A stretch of 64,000 bases of DNA from NCBI RefSeq assembly GCF_009914755.1, contig NC_060926.1; one strand, 5' to 3'. This stretch comes from the human T2T-CHM13v2.0 reference genome, Homo sapiens. The position numbers were made by a program, and so were the translations under genes. Shown here one piece after another: positions 59,801 through 64,000 of the stretch. The notes under the pieces were generated by a model, which was not told the origin of the DNA, ran no database searches, and was given only the letters and a program-made list of their open reading frames with translations. Within the stretch, counting starts at the first letter, position 1, and every line of letters starts with the position of its first letter.

Positions 59801-62273
59801 TAGTCCATAATGAAACTGCTAGGTGTCAAGGTAAAAAGTGATAAAGGATGAAATTTAAAGCTTCCAGAAATTCAGCTGAGAGAAAATCCACAGATTGTGC
59901 CTTTTAGCCACTGTTTTACCACTACTAATAGAGAAGCAGCAAAGTCTGATTTTTTTTGTTTGTTTCCCGTCACTACCAAGCTGCCAGTTTAATTCCTCAT
60001 TAAATAGATAAACATGTTTCTAAGCTTACATGGCAAAGGATCATCAGCATCCAATACTCTCAACTCAATACCAGGAATCTATTAATGTTTCTAAGGTTCT
60101 TTTATTTTTATGGTGATTTATTTTGTCTATTCATCCTCTGAGCTCAATGTGGGACCTATATAAGCTTTTCTATCTGAAAATCCTCAAAGAAGGGTGAAAA
60201 AAAATCTGTGTCATGGTGAGAGGCAGTGGATATCTTTCTACATGACAGAGAATGTAGGTGCATTCATTTTATTTGACTTCATAGCTCTAGTGAATTATCT
60301 GCTTTGTTTCATGAGGCATCACTACTTATGTAAAAAAGGGATGCAATTTGAGGAATTTAGCATAAATACTGGTCAGTCTTTTGCTGGTGACAGTTTAGTG
60401 CCCATCTTTTAGACATTCCTTTTAATGCTGTCAATATTTACAATGGAACATCACAAGCATAATTTCACCACTGAAAATCAGTTTCATGTAAATGCCATTC
60501 TCTTGTAGGGCTGGTGATGAAAGACCCCTCTCCAAAGTCTCCCTCCTTCCCTATTATGCTGTTTTGCTTTGCAGTTTATTATCTGTGCCTTCAGCCACAC
60601 AGACACTTGGGAGAGGGAGAAGAAGAATGATCTGGTATGCCAATTAGTCTCAGAAAACCCTTTATATAAGACTGCTTATAAGTTTTGGAAATTACCATAT
60701 TTAAGAGATTCCTGACGTGGGCTGAGCTTTTCATTTCTGATCTTGTATGGTCACACAAAATTTAATGTCATTCAAGCTCATGTGACCTTACTATTTCTTT
60801 TCAAATTACTTCATTTTATTCAACATCATACATGTTCCATTCTTAGCAGACCCCTCTCCTTACTCTGAGACATGTAATGTTGACTTCACTTTCTCTTTCT
60901 TTCCTTCCTTCCTTCCTCCCTCTCTTCCTTCATTCCTTCATTCCTCCCTTCTTCTTTTGTTTCTTGCTCATAAATTTCCCTTCCTTGACAAGCAGATTTC
61001 CTAAACATTACTTGCTATTCAACGACCAGCTCTGGCTTTTTTTTCCTTGTGAAACTGTCTTGGATTACTCATGAAGAATAATGAGCCCTAACACAATGTT
61101 AGCTCACAGTTGGCCTTTGATAAATAAGAGATGATAAGGCTCTTACTATCTGGAAGGTAGGATCTGGTTATGCACTAATGAGCTTATGCAAAAAGTGCTG
61201 GCTATGACTATCAACTCGCAATTTCCGATATGGAAAAAGTACAAATATCTTTATCTCTTGTAATTAGTGAATTTCTCTTTTTACCACCTCCATCTTACTG
61301 GAATGATCAACAGGCATTCCAGTGAGGATTTATGCTGTCTCCTTTCCCACAGTATTGTCCAAATTCCAAGGGACTTGATGCCAAAGCCATAGGAAGAATT
61401 TTGGTGGATGTTGGGTCATTACTCAGTGCTCTTGTCAAAGCTTGAGTCTACTAAGATATTCACTGTTCCCCCAAGACACTTGCTCATTCATCCACTTTAG
61501 GTGCTTTTCAATACGGTCTTCACAGGTTCATTGCTCTCTCTGTGGTCTTTAGGTCATCCTTGGATATATGGCCACCATTCTGTGTTCCTGAACCATTAAG
61601 TATAGGAAATCCAAGTGAAGTTGTTTAAGACGATGCTTGCCTATGTGCAGCATGTGGCTCTTCCTCTCTCAGTGTCTTTATCTTAGAAGGAGTCCTACCG
61701 CCTCCCTGTGTCTTCTTCTGGGAAGTGAGTCACAGGTTTCCTGCTCTCTGATCCCGCAGGATTTCTTACTATTTTGCTGTTTTTTTTTTTTTTTAATGTA
61801 TGGGACAGGATTCTTTTCCCGTCCTGGGGATTCTATTCCAATCTGTATGGATGAGGATTAAGAGCAGTGAAGGCTGGTCTTACTTTTGATGTTTTCTTGG
61901 ATTCTCTTGCCTATGCATACATCTTTTATACTCTCCCAAGTACTAATTTTTTTAAAAATACAAAGACTAGAAATAAATTTATTTTTCCCCTACTTCATGC
62001 TGTTACATTTTGTAAATAAGGTGAAAATCATAGGTCTTTAAAGTTACCTAAATACTAAGTATGGAGGGCAAGTTTGAGAGGAGGGAGAAATGGTGTGATA
62101 ATGCATAAAATACTCACAAATACATTAAAAACCCTATTATTTAGTATGCTGAAAATATTATAATACATTATTTTTCACATCTTATACTACTGTAAGTTCC
62201 TTGAAGAAGGGGAGCAGTTTTAGTATTGTAGAATCTCCTGTAATGCCCAGGAACATGATGCACATATGGGAGG

Positions 62274-62657
62274 TGCATTAGTTCGTTCTCACACTGCTAT
62301 CCAGAACTACCTGAAGCTGAGTAATGTATAAAGAAAAGAGGTTTAATTGACTCCCAGTGCCACAGGCTGTACAGGAAGCTTGGCTGGGGCAGCCTCAGGA
62401 AACTTACAATCATAGCAGAAGTGCAAAGGGGAAGCAAGTACGTCTTTACATGGTGGGAGGTGAGAGAGAGCGAACAGGGAAGTGCTACACACTTTCAAAC
62501 GACCAGATCTCATGGGATCTCACTCACTATCACGAGAACAGCAAAGGGGAAATCTGCCGCCCGTGATCCAATCACCTGCTGCGAAGTCCCTCCTCTGACA
62601 TTGAGGATTACAATACTACATGAAATTTGGGTGAGGACACAGAACCAAACCATATCA
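62274..62657 (-). mobile_element. MSTA-type MaLR solo LTR
   Basis: tgcattagttcgttctcacactgctat...aaagaaaagaggtttaattgactc...gcctcaggaaacttacaatcat...aaaccatatca; TSD ggagg/gtagg. Confidence 0.88.
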
Positions 62658-62960
62658 GTAGGGATTTGTTAAATTTTTGCTAAATGATGGATTGATGGTG
62701 AGACATTTGTGGTTTAATAAATGTAGTTGTTAGATTACCAGAAGAATTTGCATTTTGTAATCGGACTTGCTTATCTTTCACGATGTTTCTTAACAGAACA
62801 CAAAGTTATGTAGAACTAAATATCACACCGAGTGTGCTGAACTTGTTTGCTGTTCTGGGAAATTTATAAGCTTCTGAAATATGTATTCTGCTTGCCCTGT
62901 GCAGTGAAATTGAGCTTAAGAAACTTTACATGCAAGACCTCTACAATGAAGAAAACTGAA

Positions 62961-64000
62961 GGAGGGCAGGGCAAAGATGGCCAATTAGAAACAGCGGCAA
63001 TTGGAGGCTCCCATCAAAAAGAACCATAATTAGCCTGTGAATTCTTCACTAGCAACCAAGGTATCCAGGTTCTCTCATCAGAACTGACTAGGCAGCTGGC
63101 GTGACCCACGGAGAGGAAAGAAGAGCAGTGTGGTGCAGCCTCCCACCTGAAAGCCACATGGTGCAGGGGAACCCCCACCCCCAGCCAATGGAGGTGGTGA
63201 GTGAGCATGCTACCCAGCCGGGGAAACCATGCTTCTTCCATGGAACTGTGCAACCAACGGATCAGAAGATCCTGCTTGTGAGCCCACGCCACCAGGGCCT
63301 AGAGTCCCAACCCTGGAACCGTGCAGAGTCTCAACAGCCTCTCAGCTGGAATCTGCTTAAGCATATGGAGCTCCCAGCCGGGAGGGGCGACCAACACCAG
63401 TTGCAGCTGTGGCTGGCTGCTGTCTAAGCCATTTGAGCTCTTTGAGAAAGGGACAGCAGCCAGCACTGGGGCTCACAACTACCCAACACGCTAAGCTCCC
63501 TGGGCGGGGGAAGGGCGGCATCCATCTCTATAGCTCTAGGCCGTGCTTTTCCCCTTCTGGAGCCAGAAAGGCTGGATGGCTTGGTCCTAAGACATGTCCT
63601 CCACAGCCCAACACACCAGCTGTGGCAGACTGTGGCCAGAGTGCCTCTTCAGGCCTGACCCTGACCCATCCTTCCTCAATGGGCAGGGCTTCCCCTGCAG
63701 GAACTCCGATAAATCCAGCCAGAGGCTCAGGGACAGAACAGGGACCTCCCTGGGCCTGAGCTACCTCGGGGGAGGGGTGGATGCAGTCTCTGCAGACCAG
63801 CAGACTTAGCCTTTCCTCCTGGTAGTTCTGAGGAATCCTGGCAGCCCAGATGAGTGGGTTTCCCCCCAGCGAAGCACAACCCCTCCACCATGGGACAACG
63901 GGTCCTGTTCCCCGTGCCACCCAACTGAGTGAGACCCTCCAACAGGGGTTGTCAGACAACCTATACAGGAGTATTCCTGCTGTTATCAGATTGGTGCCCC
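62961..64000 (+). mobile_element. 5' UTR of an older primate L1 (about L1PA8-13/L1PREC2), running off the window
   Basis: G-rich start followed by the YY1 site aagatggcc (62974-62982), aggtatccaggttctctca, gagaccctccaacaggggttgtcagaca; GC-rich. Confidence 0.85.

Noticed and set aside
63014-63959. Several overlapping ORFs in a GC-rich stretch, or a gene CpG-island promoter
   Set aside because: Explained by the L1 5' UTR.

Overview
Primate, very probably human, intergenic DNA. It is AT-rich and dominated by retrotransposons and DNA-transposon fossils, and I see no intact protein-coding gene. Two processed pseudogenes are clear: YY1 (+, ~28.8-30.66 kb) and AHCY (-, ~32.4-34.5 kb). They lie tail-to-tail inside one ancient L1M element; from memory this matches YY1P2/AHCYP4 on chr2q22, which I have not verified. 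The most unusual object is a rearranged SVA insertion (3.54-4.68 kb): 5'-inverted, lacking the Alu-like domain, carrying a ~290-bp 3' transduction and bounded by an 18-bp target-site duplication (TSD). There are also several nested or same-site insertions, an internally deleted THE1C provirus, the 5' UTR of an L1 at the right edge, and a few candidate regulatory motifs. I found no new 'system' in the sense of a novel gene cassette; the interesting signals are retrotransposition scars. Repeat subfamily names come from recalled consensus sequences and need RepeatMasker confirmation.
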